DNA of 64,000 bases from contig OX638164.1 of the NCBI GenBank assembly GCA_951804945.1, positions 29,760,001-29,824,000 of the forward strand, read 5' to 3'. This document shows, piece by piece, positions 50,278 to 63,019 of this stretch. Position 1 is the stretch's first letter; each line of letters starts with the position of its first letter. Position numbers and translations under genes: made by a program. The DNA comes from Podarcis cretensis. Lineage: Eukaryota. The notes under the pieces were generated by a model. That model was not told the origin of the DNA. It did no database searches and saw only the letters and a list, made by a program, of their open reading frames with translations.

Positions 50278-53200
50278 AACCCAGCTAGGAGCAGATCTGT
50301 CCACATGACCTAGGAGAGTCGTTCCAGGCGCTTTCTCATTGCTGTTCTGCTAAGCCCTGCTGGCTCAGGCTGTTCTACCCTCCCCATCGTTTATCCTGCT
50401 AAAGTGGCCTCCACCTACCAACAGTGGCGGAGAGCAGGCGGGGGCGTGGCGTGCATCCTGGGGGCGTGGCGCGCCACCTGTGGGGGTGTGGCATCCAGCG
50501 GGGGCAGCTGTGATGGAACCCTACTGGGATCGTGCAGCCGGGGGCAATGTGCTCCCCCTGCCCCCCTCTTCCTCCACCAGTGCCTACCAACTCCCACGCA
50601 CCTACCTGTAGACACCAACTGCCTCCTTGGAGGTTTTCTTCAAGTGTCGGAACCGCATGGGCATGGGAAGGTCCATGCTGGTTGCCCTCCTGAAGAGAGG
50701 AGGAAAGAGGCTGCTTGAGAGAGTTCAACCAATGGGGCCTTTCAGCTGCCAAGCCCCACCTTGCTCCGCAAGCCACTTTGCAGTGCCAACTGCTGAGAGG
50801 CTGGCTTATGGGGCAGCTGCAGGAGGCAAAATCTGACCCCTTCCCCGTTCTTTAGCTTCCCACCACTGCCGACAACATCAAAAATGAGCAGCCTTCTAGC
50901 CCTCCCCACCAACTCGCCTCCGCACCCGCTATGTACCGGGCAGACTTCAGCTGCACCTCCTCTTCCTCCTCATCGTTGGGGTTGTACTCTGGCGGCTGGC
51001 GGTGCTTAGAAGCCAGGAAATTGAACATGTCGAAGGCAGACTTCCTGCAATGCAGATCCAAGAGGCGTGAGACTGGCTCTCAGGGTTAACGGGCTGCCTT
51101 ACAAGCCACACAATGCTCCTCTCTCCTCCAGGACAATGAGACATTCCCAGACCGGCTGCCAGAAGCCCACTAGGCTCTACACTGGCTCCCCACACTGTGT
51201 GGAGAAACTTCAAAGTGTCTGAACTAAAACCACAGCAGCCCCTTTGTAGAGCCTTCTGTGGGATTCTAGCAACCTTTTCCTCCCTGGGGGTAGAGATACT
51301 CTGGCCTTCCATCATGTGACCCTCCTTGTCTTGAACAGTTGGGGCAGTTAACCTGCTCCTTCCTGGATTCCTCCTATATGCCAACTAGGGAGCACCTGGG
51401 CCCAAGCCTGTTCATCATTGACCTTGGGCCCAGGTCTGTTCATTCAATGATGACATGCTATTCATGTGCCTCCCTGCCAAACTGATATTTGAGGAAGAAT
51501 TTATTTTCACTGTCTCTCTTGAAAGCCTCACCCCCAAACCACTGAAGGATCTCTGAAGCAGGTGCTTTGGTTTTAATGAGAGCAGAGTCTGCCACTGACC
51601 TGAGGTGCACTTCAGCTCTGGCAGAGCCATGTGGGTTCACTGGGGGCTCCTTGGCCTCCTCTGGCTTATGGAACCGGAACTTGTAGTTGTGGCAGTGCTT
51701 TGCTCCAGACAGCTGTTCTATCAGGAACACAACAGCATCGTGCAGAATTCCCAGCATCCTCAATCCACTCACACCTGGAATAAGGAGAGAGTAGACAGGG
51801 AAGGCAGCTTGCTGGTAGAAGAGGCTGTCCAGCCCAGGCTGAGCCCAGTGGCTCCCTTCAGTCCTCCTTGTAAGAAGAAGCTAGGTGGTGGTGGCGGCAA
51901 CATGGCCCAGCCTTTAGGCAAAAAGCAGCTCAAGAAACTGGTGGAGCAGCTCAAATGGGCCCAAATCTCCACGGCCAGGCATGGGCTTAAAAGATGCAGA
52001 GGGTGTCCTAAAAGAAGCACAAACCCCATTCTTTGTCCTTAAGCTGTTTGTGCAACCAAAGTACTGTATCCTAAGAAAACAGGGCATCCTGTGAGACTCT
52101 TTCTAGAGTTTATGTAGCGCAAGGAAGCAGGCCCAGGTGGCAAAGTCCCTGCCTAGGTCTTGGCCTACAGGACAGCAGTGACATTCAAGGCACTTTCTTA
52201 CTGTCTTCCTATCCATGCAAGGGGTTTGGATTCCCAACCCTGCTGCTGCCTTTCTTACCTGCGAAGGATAGCTGCTTCAAGCGGGCATTGGAACGAGCCT
52301 CCTGAACCTTGTCAGTTAGGGATTGCCAGGCCTCTGAGATAAAGATAAACAAGAAATGATTCAGTGGGAGGGAGGAGTGTCCCAGAAAAGCTTCCCTTTC
52401 GCTCCTTTTTAAACCGTAAAATTCACAATTGCTGCCAGGTGGCTCTGCATTCCTGCAAACTTCATGCAGGGCTGCCCCCTGCAGCACTTGGAAAGGGTGC
52501 AAAGCAGTTAAAGGTGACCTTTGTAAGATGAGCACAGCAAAAATGCATCTAACCCCAAAGCAGCTGCATCAGATGTCACCTGCCCCACCTGCCCCATTTC
52601 CCACCTTCAATACTTTCAGCACAGATCTGAAATCCATCATCGCTTGAGATCTCAAAGATCAATCCTTTCTTGGGCTTCTTCTCAGCGAGGCTCTCCTTTC
52701 TCTTCCGCTCTTGCTGCAACCAGAACATGAGTGGGGAGCTGAAAGTGCTCTCTTCATCCTCAGAAGCTCTGGAGTCTGGAAGGAAAACAAGATCTTCTTA
52801 CCTCCAGAGTCCTTGGCAAAGCCAAAGCCACCAAATAATGAACATTAAGAATGTAGGGAAAGGCTCTCATGAACTAAGAGAGCTGCTGAGGGCTCTCTCA
52901 AGCAGGGCTGTCATACAAGGAGAATCATAGGGCAAGCTTACAACTGGGAGTAATAATAGTAATTTTATTACTGATACCCTGCCCATCTGGCTGGGTTTTC
53001 CCAGCCACACTGGGTGGCTTCCAGCAAGGTATAAAAACATAATAATAATAAAAAATTATTTTGAAGATATATGTGCCTTTCCAAGTGGAACGTCTGTGAA
53101 CTGGTGCTCAGTTTGTACTTGAGGTCGATGGACAACATACCTGTGGGCTCTTGCTCACTTGCAGTGCTCTGTGCTGTCTGTGATTCTGGAACAGATGCCG

Positions 53201-56200
53201 TTTGCCTGTGGAGAGAAGCACAGCTGGAAACAAGGCAAGAATCCGCTCCTGTTTCAACAACTGAAGCCTTTTAGGAGTTTTGATTCCCAAGCAGATGCCA
53301 AAGGGAGAAGCTAAACAAAACACTCTGAGCCGTGAGTCTCCACTGGATGGAGAGGCCTGCTACTTATAATACGTTTGGCTGAGTGGCAAGCGCTCCAAAA
53401 AATGGACCAAGCCACAGCACAGCACTGCCCGTCTTTCTAAACAGTAGGGCAGGTGGAAAACTGGGATGTTCAATGCAAAGAACATCACTTGGAGCTTTCT
53501 GAGAGGGGTCTCCATGTTTTAGGCAAGTAGAGAAAACTTAAAGCCTCTGAGGTCAGCAGTAGAGTGACCCTACTGTAGGCTCTGGTTATCAGTGTTTCAT
53601 TGTTGGAACTGCCCAACACATATTAAGAAGTGTGCTTGCTTTCTTGGGGCAGAACAATGTTTGTGCAGCCAGGCACATGTGTACCTCTGCCTGCCAACAT
53701 CCCTCCCGCCCCACAACCTGAGAGACTGCCTTACCTGTCTGCCACTTTGGGTGGGGGCTGCTCTACACTTGCGGCCCCTTCCTCTTCTTCCTCCATGTGC
53801 ATCTTCAGGGTAGGAATCCTGGAACAGACAAGATTATTCAGGAATACTACAATGACTAGTCACAAGCCAGATAATGCTCCACTTGCAGCCAATGCAAGAC
53901 TAACCTCTCTGGCTCTCCAAGAAGCAACATTTATCAAGCAGCATTTACAAGATAAACTCCATTTTAAAAACGTAGCTGTTGGGTTTTCTAAAGGAATCTC
54001 TCATAATAATATGGAGTAAAAGAGGTATCTTGAGCTGCGCTGCCACTGAGGCCGTCAAATCTAATTCCCCCCCACACACTTTCCCACTTAGTACAGTCCC
54101 ATCACACCCACTGCTGCAAATAAAGAAGATCAGTAACATGAACAGCTAGCAGCTCAAGCAGCTTCTCCCTCTTTCCTTCAAAGAAAAGGCCCTCAAGCAT
54201 CACAGCTCATATTCAGGAGCTGCATCAAATACATGACAGCTTCCTGGTTCAAATGGCAGACAAGCAGACTGCCTGCTGGCTTTTGAATGAAGCTCGTTTT
54301 CCATCTAGGCTTTGTTGCAGAGGTTTCTACAGCAGAAGTACTAAAGAAATAAAAAGGATGACGGGTTCAGAAGGGGCTGGGAAAACAGGGGGGAGACCAA
54401 AGACCTCTCTCTCTTACCCTCCAGCCAAGTCCTGGGCCGCAGAGTTGGTGCCTTGCTGGGGAATGTGCTTCTCAGGGGAGGTGGACCAGAAGTGAGACAT
54501 CTTGTGCTTCTTCCCAGACCCTTTGCTGATGCTGCTGTCTGATGAGGGCTGAGACCGTTTCACTTTGGCTTTGACTTTCATGGAGGAGCTTCCAAGCGGC
54601 TGGTCAGAGGATGTGGAGCTTGCGGGAGAAGTTGAGCTGGCACGCGTGACGGATGAGGTGGTCTTGTTTTGCTCCAGTGCTGCAGGGTTACTGATGTCCA
54701 CCAACTGGGGAAAGCCTGAACGCGGAGGAGCTTGGGATGGCACAAGTTCCACCTGAGGCGGGACGGCACCAGTTTTGCTGGCCAGGATCTGTGTCAGAGG
54801 CCCAGGCTGGTAAGATCCTTCAGGGTCAGTGGTCATGCCCATAGTCTGTGCAGAAGGCAAGACACAGATGCTGGATGCTGCCGTCCCCGCCACTGAGACT
54901 GTGGACTGAGCCGATGAGGCATCGCCTAGTGGTGAAAACATCCCGGAGCCAGATGGTGGCACTGCGGCGTGCTGCTCCGGAAGACCCAAGCTCTGTTGAG
55001 TGGCTTTGATTAAGAGGTTGCTGATGGAGCCCATGTCAGATACTCCTTGCAGCCCAGAGCTAGGTAGTGCAACGGACCCCCTCCCCAGCCCATGTCCGCT
55101 GGGGACTGATGTGCCCGTGGAAGGTGCTGATGATGTCGGCATTGACACCACATTCAGCATGGATCCAGCAGAGGCTAGGCCTGTCACTGGCCTAGTTGCA
55201 AGATGACCACTGTCTGGCCCGGCCACGCTAGGGGGTGTTCCAACTGCTGCTGCAGTTGCTCCCACCCCTTGGGGCAGCAGAGGGGTCTGCTCAAAGTACA
55301 TTATCCCAGACTTTGAACGCTTGATGATATTGGGGACAGTTCTGTGGGATGCAGGGTTACTGGCAGTTCCCAAATCTAGCAGGCCTGGATGGCTGGGGAG
55401 CTGGGAAGGAGTGAAGTTAATCAACGTCATGTTGGGGACCATGTCAGACGGGGTGATGGCGGAAGGGGCAAGCTTTTTGTTCTTGCGCGATGGCAAGCGC
55501 GAAATTTGCCTTTTCTTGCTGAGGCCAGAGGGTGGCGTGGTGGCTGTGGACCCAATCTCGGCTCTCTGATTTGCTTCGGGGTCAGGTGGTTGCTGGACAC
55601 CAATCAAAAGTCCTGAGGCAGGACTGCCAAGGGAGGATGGGAAGCTGCTTTGGGGGGCTGCAGAAAAGGAGTGCAAGTGTTGGTGATGGGGCATCGGCAG
55701 TAACCCTTTGCTGGTTGGTGGAAAAAGAGGCTGGGAGGAGGAAGGCAAGCTGGGGTTTACACCGGCCCCTAGTGCCAGCCCTGGGCCCAGGGGTCCAAGC
55801 ACAGAAGCGCTGGCCTCCAACACGCCCTGCGCAGAACTGACAGAAGAGGTCAGCTGTATCTTTTGCGTGACACCATTGGGAAGAGTCTGAAGGACGTACA
55901 ATGGCTGCATGTTTTGATTAACCACCAGGAGCTTTTCTGCAGCTGCCTTGAGGTGGAGGGGGGCTGTCTGCACAGCAGCATTGGAAATCTGAGATGGGCC
56001 AGGGTTCTCTGTGGAGTTTGGGCCATACTTAGGATTCTGAAGTGGGAGGGTTGGAGAAACTGGCACTTGGAGACCAGGTGTCCCGCTATTTCTTGCCAAG
56101 TCTTGGCTGGCTGAACGGCCTGGCTCTCCTGGTCCACATGGGGGGCTGGCTATGTGCTCTGCTTCCATGTGACTTTGAATAAAGGGGTCAGGGGTCAGGT

Positions 56201-59200
56201 GTCCTTCAGGACTTGGATCCACTCGTGGGCTCAGCAGAGCTGGCTCCCCTTCACTGGAGGCAGCTTTCTCTGTGACAGTCACCCTCTTCTCGGCAGACTC
56301 CGTAGAAGGCAAAGCTAAGAGTGATCTCTCCCCTGACGAGGAGGAGGAGGAGAGCGAGGATTCTGAAATGACAGCAAGTCTGCCGTGATTTTGGCTGGGC
56401 ACTGTCGGGCTCCGAGTAGTCAAGACAGAGAGGTCAGAAGGCAGTTCCAGAGGCAGCTCAAACTGCTCCTCTGCCGAGATGGATGACGAAACACTGCTGT
56501 CAACAGGCTCTGTGGTTGGCAGCTGCTGAGAGAAGACTTCAAAGAGGCCCATATCCTTGCCCCGGTTGGTGGTGTCAAGGCCCAGCCCATCTCCCAGCGT
56601 CAGGAGCTCAGAGGACGATGACTCAGGGCTCTCTCCGAGGGCTTGCATGGAGGGGGTGTTTTTCAGCACAAAGTCCATGATGTCAGACGGGAGAATGTTC
56701 CCGCAGTCGTCACTGTTGTTATTGTCGGAGTCGGACTTGAGCAGCTCTGTGCTGAAGGTATCCAGCAGGGTCTTCTCCGAAGGGGTGCTGGCACGAGGGC
56801 GGCGGCTGGCCTCTAAAGAACTCAGCTGAGCTTCCAGAGGATCCTGGCTCTGGGTTTTTACGCGGCAGTTCTCCATCTTGGGCTCAGCTGCTTTGTGGCC
56901 AGCTGAGCTCTTGGTGACTTGTGCTTTCTCCCCACTCTCTTCGCTCCGATCAAGTTTTAAGCTTTCCGTTCCATTTTCTTTGCCACTCCTTTTGGTCACT
57001 GGATTGACTTTCCTGGTTGTCACCGTGATGCTTGTGTCACTTTCTGTCCCATCATCCACACCATCCAGCTGAGAGATTTTGGGAAGGCTGCACTGTTCCT
57101 CCTCCCGGAATAAGTTGTGAGGAGAAGCAAGATGTTCTTCTGTGTTTGAGACCACTGTCCTGGTGAAGTTGTAGTAGTAAAGGTCATCCTCGTCCGACGT
57201 GCTGAGGTCATCGGCACCATCTACTTGCCCTTCAGCAGACCTCTTTCCCCGCTTCTTCCCAGTGGAGTTGCTGTAGAAGGGAATGTCTTCTTCCCCGTAA
57301 GACCTCACGCCATACAATGGAGTCAGCCCAAAGAACATGTTGGATCTGGCCCGTGCGCTGCGCCGGGGGTACCGGCGCTTGTAGGCCCCGTCTTCCTGGG
57401 CTTTGGCTGTCTCCTGGAGCATCAAGTTGCTCTCCTGAACAGGAAGACTCTGGTAGGCCTCGCTTGGAGCCTCGGGGACTGAAGCACAACTTGGGCTGTC
57501 TTGAACCAGGGAGCCGTTTCCTGACCGTTCTGGAGTGGAAGAGGATTGTGCCAAGGAAGCTGGTTTGCTCTCCTTAGGCTGAGATTCTACATCACCCTCC
57601 CTCTGAATGTTCTTGGACTGGCTATCACCTTCCATCTTGAGAGGAGTCAACGTGACTTTCACTGTGCGCTTCTGGGAAGCCTGCAGATCCTTGGAAGTGG
57701 CCACTTCACCCTGGGAAGGAACCTTGGAGGTCTTCTGGTTAAGCAGCTGTCTATCGGTGGCCTTCTCTGAAGCCACAACATTGTTACAGAGCTTCTGGTT
57801 CACATGCTCAGGCGTCACAGCTTGATTAACGAATTCTGGCTCTGCGCTGTCTTTGTTGCTAGGTGTGAGGAGGCTCGGATTTGTAAAGAGTTTATTGGAA
57901 TGTCTCTCTTTGGCTCCCCTTTTCCCCTTCTGCTGCCGCCTATCTCTGCCTGCAGAAGGTGCTGGGTCACTTATGGAAGGAGGAGATCTGTTACTTGCCC
58001 CAGAAAGCTTGGAGATCTTTGCTTCTGGGTCCTCGTAAGAGCAGTTTTTTTCTGGCTTTACAAGATCCACCTGCTGCTCTTGCTCCTTCTTTGGGGGTCT
58101 CTGATGTAAAGGTGGAAAGGCTACTGCCTCTTTGGAAGAAAACAGCCCAGAAGAGGGCTCTGGAAGCTTCCCTACTTTGCTGGTGTTTGGCTCGGTGCCA
58201 GAAGCACTCTGCACAGGAGTACTGGCCTTCAAATTACCCAGGGAAGAACTTGCGTCTTTTTGGCTCATCAGTTTGCTCTTCTCTGTCCCCGGAGGCCCCA
58301 TTGCTTCTATTGACAGCGCTCCCTCCAAGGAAGTGCTTGTGCCTCCTCCACCTGTCCCTGTTGGCCTCTGACCACCACAGGGAGGGGCAGAGCTACTCTG
58401 GGTGGCAATGCGTCCAGCTGCTGGGCCCGAAGAACGCTCTGAAGGCTTTGTGCTCAAGTCATGTTCTGGCAAGGGAGACAGGCTGGGTGTTGAAGAGATG
58501 CTGTGCCTGGAGGAGTGAGTGACCCCAGCTCTGCTGGAAGGCATCATCCAGGACCTCAACTGTGGAGGGGGCAGAGGAGAGGAGGTGCTGTGTCGTCTGG
58601 AGCCAATGCTTCGAAGTCCAGATGACAGCAGGGGGTCTCCCACAGTCACAATCTCGTGTGTAATGTGGGTGGGGCTCCCTGGGAAAAGATAGAAGATGGG
58701 GAAGAATATTAGAACTGAGTTTGAGGTCATCTACTGAATGCAAAAGGGACGCAGGTGGCGTTGTGGGTAAAACCTCAGTGCCTAGGACTTGCCGATCGTA
58801 TGGTCGGCGGTTCGAATCCCCGCGGCGGGGTGAGCTCCCGTCTTTCTGTCCCAGCTCCTGCCCACCTAGCAGTTCGAAAGCACCCTTAAGTGCAAGTAGA
58901 TAAATAGGTAACGCTTTATAGCGGGAAGGTAAACGGCGTTTCCGTGTGCTATGCTGGTGCTGGCTCGCCAGAGCAGCTTCATCACACTGGCCACGTGACC
59001 CGGAAGTGTCTGCGGATAGCGCTGGCCCTCGGCCTCTTAAGTGAGATGGGTGCACAACCCTAGAGTCGGACACGACTGGCCCGTACGGGCAGGGGTACCT
59101 TTACCTTTACCTTTTACTGAATGCAAATATCTGGATCTATGCAGACAAGGAGTAAAGTAAAGCCTAAACCCCCAGAGTCAACCGCTTTCTTGATCTAATT

Positions 59201-62200
59201 ATTCCTTCTACTGTTGGCTTCATTGAAACAAACACTCTATAACTTTTTCCTTCTGACTTCAAGTTGCACAGGAGCATGTTTGGTCTTGCCTACCCAGAAA
59301 TATTTCTTAACTGTAAGAACAGCAGACTGAACTTTCCCCGAGGTTCTTTCAAATTCTGATCCAGCTCCCTGACAAACTCCTATGGCTGGGGAAGAGGAGG
59401 GGGCGGCCATCTGAGCTGCAGATGGAGTTCTGGGCTTCAATATCCTGACAGGCCTTTTCTCACCTAGGCCAGGTCTTCTGACTTCACAAGGTGAGTCAGT
59501 CACCAGCTAGGAGGTCGGTGAGCAGAATTTGCAAAGAACATTATCTTTCAAGGCGTGGTTTAGAGTTCTTAGTTCAGTTCTGTTTAAAAATGGAGCCCAC
59601 CTCAGCCCAAAAGCTCAGGGAGGTTTACAAGTTGTCAACAACTCAAACATGGTTCACACAACAAGGTTAAATGTGAGGAAAAACTACATGTTAAGTATGT
59701 AGGTGAGATGCCCAGAAAGCGGGAGGGGAAATGACTGAAGATGCCCCCCTCTACCAGCATCCTCAGCGCTTGGCCTTTGATGATGAGGACGGAGAACAAG
59801 TCTTTTGCACCCCAGCACTTATTAAGCCCTAAACCCAATAGAGAAGGTGGAAACAAGGTTTCATGCCATTGAGGACAGCCTGAAGAAATTGCTTAACAAA
59901 GAATGAACAGACGTCAAAGAAAACCAGAGAAAGCAGCAGAGGGAGGTGGAGGGCCAGACCTGCAGAGGGCAATGGCCTTGAACCAGGAGATCGCAGGGCA
60001 GGAGGAAAACTTGGCGCTCTGATCCGCAGAGCCCTGCAGTTCTGAGAATGTGGCAGGAAGTCTGAAGAGGGAGTGCTCACAACCGCTGACACTGCATGGC
60101 CTTCTCTGGCTGGAATTTCTGATGAAGAAGAAAAAGAAATAAGGAACTTATGGATTCAGGCAAAACCCAGGCTGCATTTGAACAAAACAGCTTCAGGGAA
60201 GTAGGAGAGTACTAGAGGCCTTTCCCCTCAATAACATCCTTTCTTCCTCCCTCAGGGAATGTTGACAGAAAAATCTTTATACATGGAGGGAGGCAGAAAG
60301 TAAAAGAGGGGGGAAAAAGAAAAAAAGGCTGCAGTCTTTTGGCATCTAGGCCAAAACCAGAATGCAAAGCTGGACATTGGGAGCAGGTGAGCGCCAAACA
60401 TTAAGAGTACTAGGTAGAAGCACACCCCCACCATGCCCCAAACATCTCAGAAGGACCAAGTCCCTTGTTGTTTCAGATCAAGCATACCATAATCTAGTCT
60501 CCAGAAACGCATGACACCTGGGCAAATGCTGGAGTGTCTTTCTGCACAGAGCAGAGTTGGGAGTTGAAGACCCCCAATGTTCCTCCCAACACTTATGATT
60601 CTGTGACTCAGTTATGGAACAAGGGCCAGGATCCACTCCAAAACCTATAGCCAAAGTAGAGGATGTGATCTTTACCAGGGAACCCCCCCTTTTTTGCCCT
60701 ACTCCAAGTGTGTGCTGCTACTGCTGTCACCAAAAGGTATTACAAGCCCTGTCTCATAGCAAAGACTGACCAGAAGAAGGAAGCTTTTGTCTTTGGAAGA
60801 GCTGAGCAGTACAAAAAACAGGCACCCACAGGTCTGGCACAAAGGCCACAATCTCAAGCCAAGCCATGCAGGCAGAAACTTGCCTGAAAGTGGCCTGGGG
60901 CTGTGCGTGATGGTCCTATTGTCATCATGCTCTACTGTGCTGTTGATGTCTGGCTCAAGGATAGGAGGGCGGCATTCCATGATCTTGCAAGTGTACACAC
61001 AGCGCTTCCGAGCATCCGTTGTGCTCCAGTACACTCGTGAGCACCTGGGAAAACATTTGAAAGTTACAACATCTACACAGAGAGCTGTGTATGCCTGCAA
61101 AAGCCCTTCCCTGGGGCAAGAGGAGAAGGAAGGCCAAAGACTTCCTGGGTGGTCCTCACGGCATCTTCCAGGGAAAATGACATGGATTCTGCTGCTGCTG
61201 CCGCCTATTCAGGAGACAGCTCCTACTTACTGATAACCAATGGGGAACAGCTTGTCTTCACAGTCAGACAGATCGCTCAGAATCCCGAGGCAGTCAATCG
61301 TCATGGACCCTACAAGAAAACCAAAGAGGCAAAGTTCTGTGTGAGGAAGGCAGTAACTAAATTCCACCAGGCACATTGCCAAGGCCAGAGGCAGAGGGCC
61401 CTCACCAATCATCATGTGGATGTTCTCTGGCTCCAGACCATGAAGAAACCTTCGTCTCAAACTAATCCCTTCAAAATCCACAAAGACTCTTCTTAGGACT
61501 TCAAAGCCATTCTCGGGAACCACCTACAGCAAGCACACACAAAAAGAGGCCTATACAGTATTAATGTGAAAACACACAGCCTGAGCTGAGAAGAGCAGGG
61601 AAATGTGTGTGTGGGGGGGGGAGTACAGCTGGGCAAAGGCCTGAGGGTGGTGGCTGGGCTCACCTCTCCTTTGATCAGGTCCCGGTGACGCTGGCAGTAG
61701 ACTTTCTTATCCTCCAGGAAGACACAGTTCTTGGCCCGGGAGCACATGAAGTGATAGTTGCTTGTGCAGGAGGTCAGGCAGCAGCCCACTGTGGCACCCG
61801 ACTTCAGGCAAAATTCACATCTCTGCAAGGTTCGAGGGTTGGGTTTTTAGGGAAAGCATCTTGTTGTTATGGCCAATGGCCTAAACAAATAAACTGGACT
61901 AGTGCAGCACTGTCAATAGCAGCAACACCCCTAATATGATTATCTATGACATGCATATCAGGTTGCCAACAAACAAAGAGAAAGCTATAGAAGTGCTGCT
62001 GTTCCACCACTCATTTAGCAAACACAATTCATCTTGCCCAAAACAACCTGTTAGTAATCTGAGTGCAGCCTTTTTTCATTGTTGTTCATTTACAAACTCA
62101 CACATTGTCTGGACTTCCCAATTTAATTCCAATTCAGAAGAAAGGGTTTTTTTTAACAGTTTAAAGCAATTTCTGAGCATGCAAAATGGATAGGGTGATT

Positions 62201-62893
62201 GATTAAGAACACGAAAAAGCTGCCACGGCCACTAGCTGCAACTGCTGGCAGTTGCAGGACAGCAGCCCAAGCTGCCACCTGTGATTGTGACTTCCTATAC
62301 TTCAGGCCACTGAGAGTCCACAGAAGACACTCCTTCCTAATCATTACAAGGAGACGCGGGCACTTGCTCACATCTGTCTGCTGCAGAAGCCAGGTGATGA
62401 TCTGGTTCACATGCTACTATAATAGAGCTGCTTGTGAATGTCCAAGTAACCAGTGCTTTTGATTCTTTGCAGTCTGGTACTGCTGGAAGCTGAATTCAAG
62501 GATCTCTGTCTTTTTCAGATACAACATCCTGTGAAGCCCATTACTTCTACTGTGGAGAATCATGTGAGGCTTTTGCTCTTTTTAAAGTTGGGCCATTAAC
62601 ATCAAACCTGAGCTGTCTCTCCATGGAGACATGCTGTGGGCTTTCCAATACTATTCTTTGCTGTTGTAACAGCAGAAGAGCAACATTTTAGTTGCTTTTG
62701 AAATGTAAATCCTCATTCCTGAACAGACTCCTGAGCCCAACCTGTTCCTACTCACCAGCTGTTTCCCTCTGATCACTGCCACGTGCACATTCTTCAGGGA
62801 GCCATCGTCATCTTCAAAAACTTCAGCTGACCACAGGGCACAGTTCACATGGGTCCACTCATTCTGGCCGATGTAGAGGAGACGGCCAGCATC
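48320..62893 (-). CDS. KMT2A: Histone-lysine N-methyltransferase 2A (MLL1), last 16 coding exons (2080 aa); the 5' part lies beyond the right edge
   Basis: Exons (minus): 62893-62756, 61822-61664, 61523-61406, 61309-61231, 61044-60884, 60118-59960, 58678-54418, 53818-53735, 53205-53141, 52775-52605, 52333-52259, 51774-51600, 51044-50937, 50689-50606, 50160-50031, 48595-48320; total 6243 nt in one frame. Domains: ePHD4 ([13 protein letters not shown]), FYRN, Taspase sites, TAD, FYRC, Win motif (GSARAE), SET/post-SET ([12 protein letters not shown]...[13 protein letters not shown]). Confidence 0.99.
48868..48983 (+). mobile_element. CR1 3' end
   Basis: TTTAAAGCAGAGGCTGGATGGCCAT...GGGTTGGACTAGA...CCAACTCTACAATTCTAT. 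Confidence 0.75.
50242..50275 (+). repeat. (AGGC)n tetranucleotide microsatellite
   Basis: About eight tandem GGCA units in a KMT2A intron. Confidence 0.9.
50422..50582. mobile_element. GC-rich hAT MITE with a perfect 8-bp TSD in a KMT2A intron
   Basis: TIRs CAGTGGCGGAG / CTCCACCAGTG; TSD CCTACCAA at 50414-50421 and 50583-50590; internal GGGGGCGTGGC repeats. Confidence 0.88.
52950..53050 (-). mobile_element. Probable L2-type LINE 3' tail fragment
   Basis: (AAT)-rich end next to TACCCTGCCCATCTGGCTGGGTTTTCCCAGCCACACTGGGTGGCTTCC, which contains a small stem-loop. Confidence 0.5.
54418..58678 (-). CDS. KMT2A: KMT2A giant internal exon (4261 nt) with Taspase-1 sites and the transactivation domain
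   Basis: Lies within the 1438-aa ORF 54414-58730. QVDGADD at 57207-57227, QLDGVDD at 57051-57071, CBP-KIX-binding [20 protein letters not shown] at about 56653-56711. Acceptor ttcccag and donor gtaaga. Confidence 0.98.
58746..59114 (+). mobile_element. Sauria SINE, full length with 13-bp TSD
   Basis: tRNA-derived head with B box, (ACCTTT)3 tail, and perfect TSD TACTGAATGCAAA at 58732-58744 and 59115-59127. Confidence 0.95.
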
Positions 62894-63019
62894 CTGCAAG
62901 AAACAGAAAGCCACCAGATACACTCAGAAATCAGTCAAGTGCACTCCCTACCCCACAACTGCTGGGCACATGTTGCAGCAGCCACAGTGAAATAAAAGCT
63001 GGCAAACATAAAGGTGGCT

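Noticed and set aside
54565-58522. Numerous plus-strand ORFs opposite the giant KMT2A exon
   Set aside because: Antisense shadows of coding sequence.
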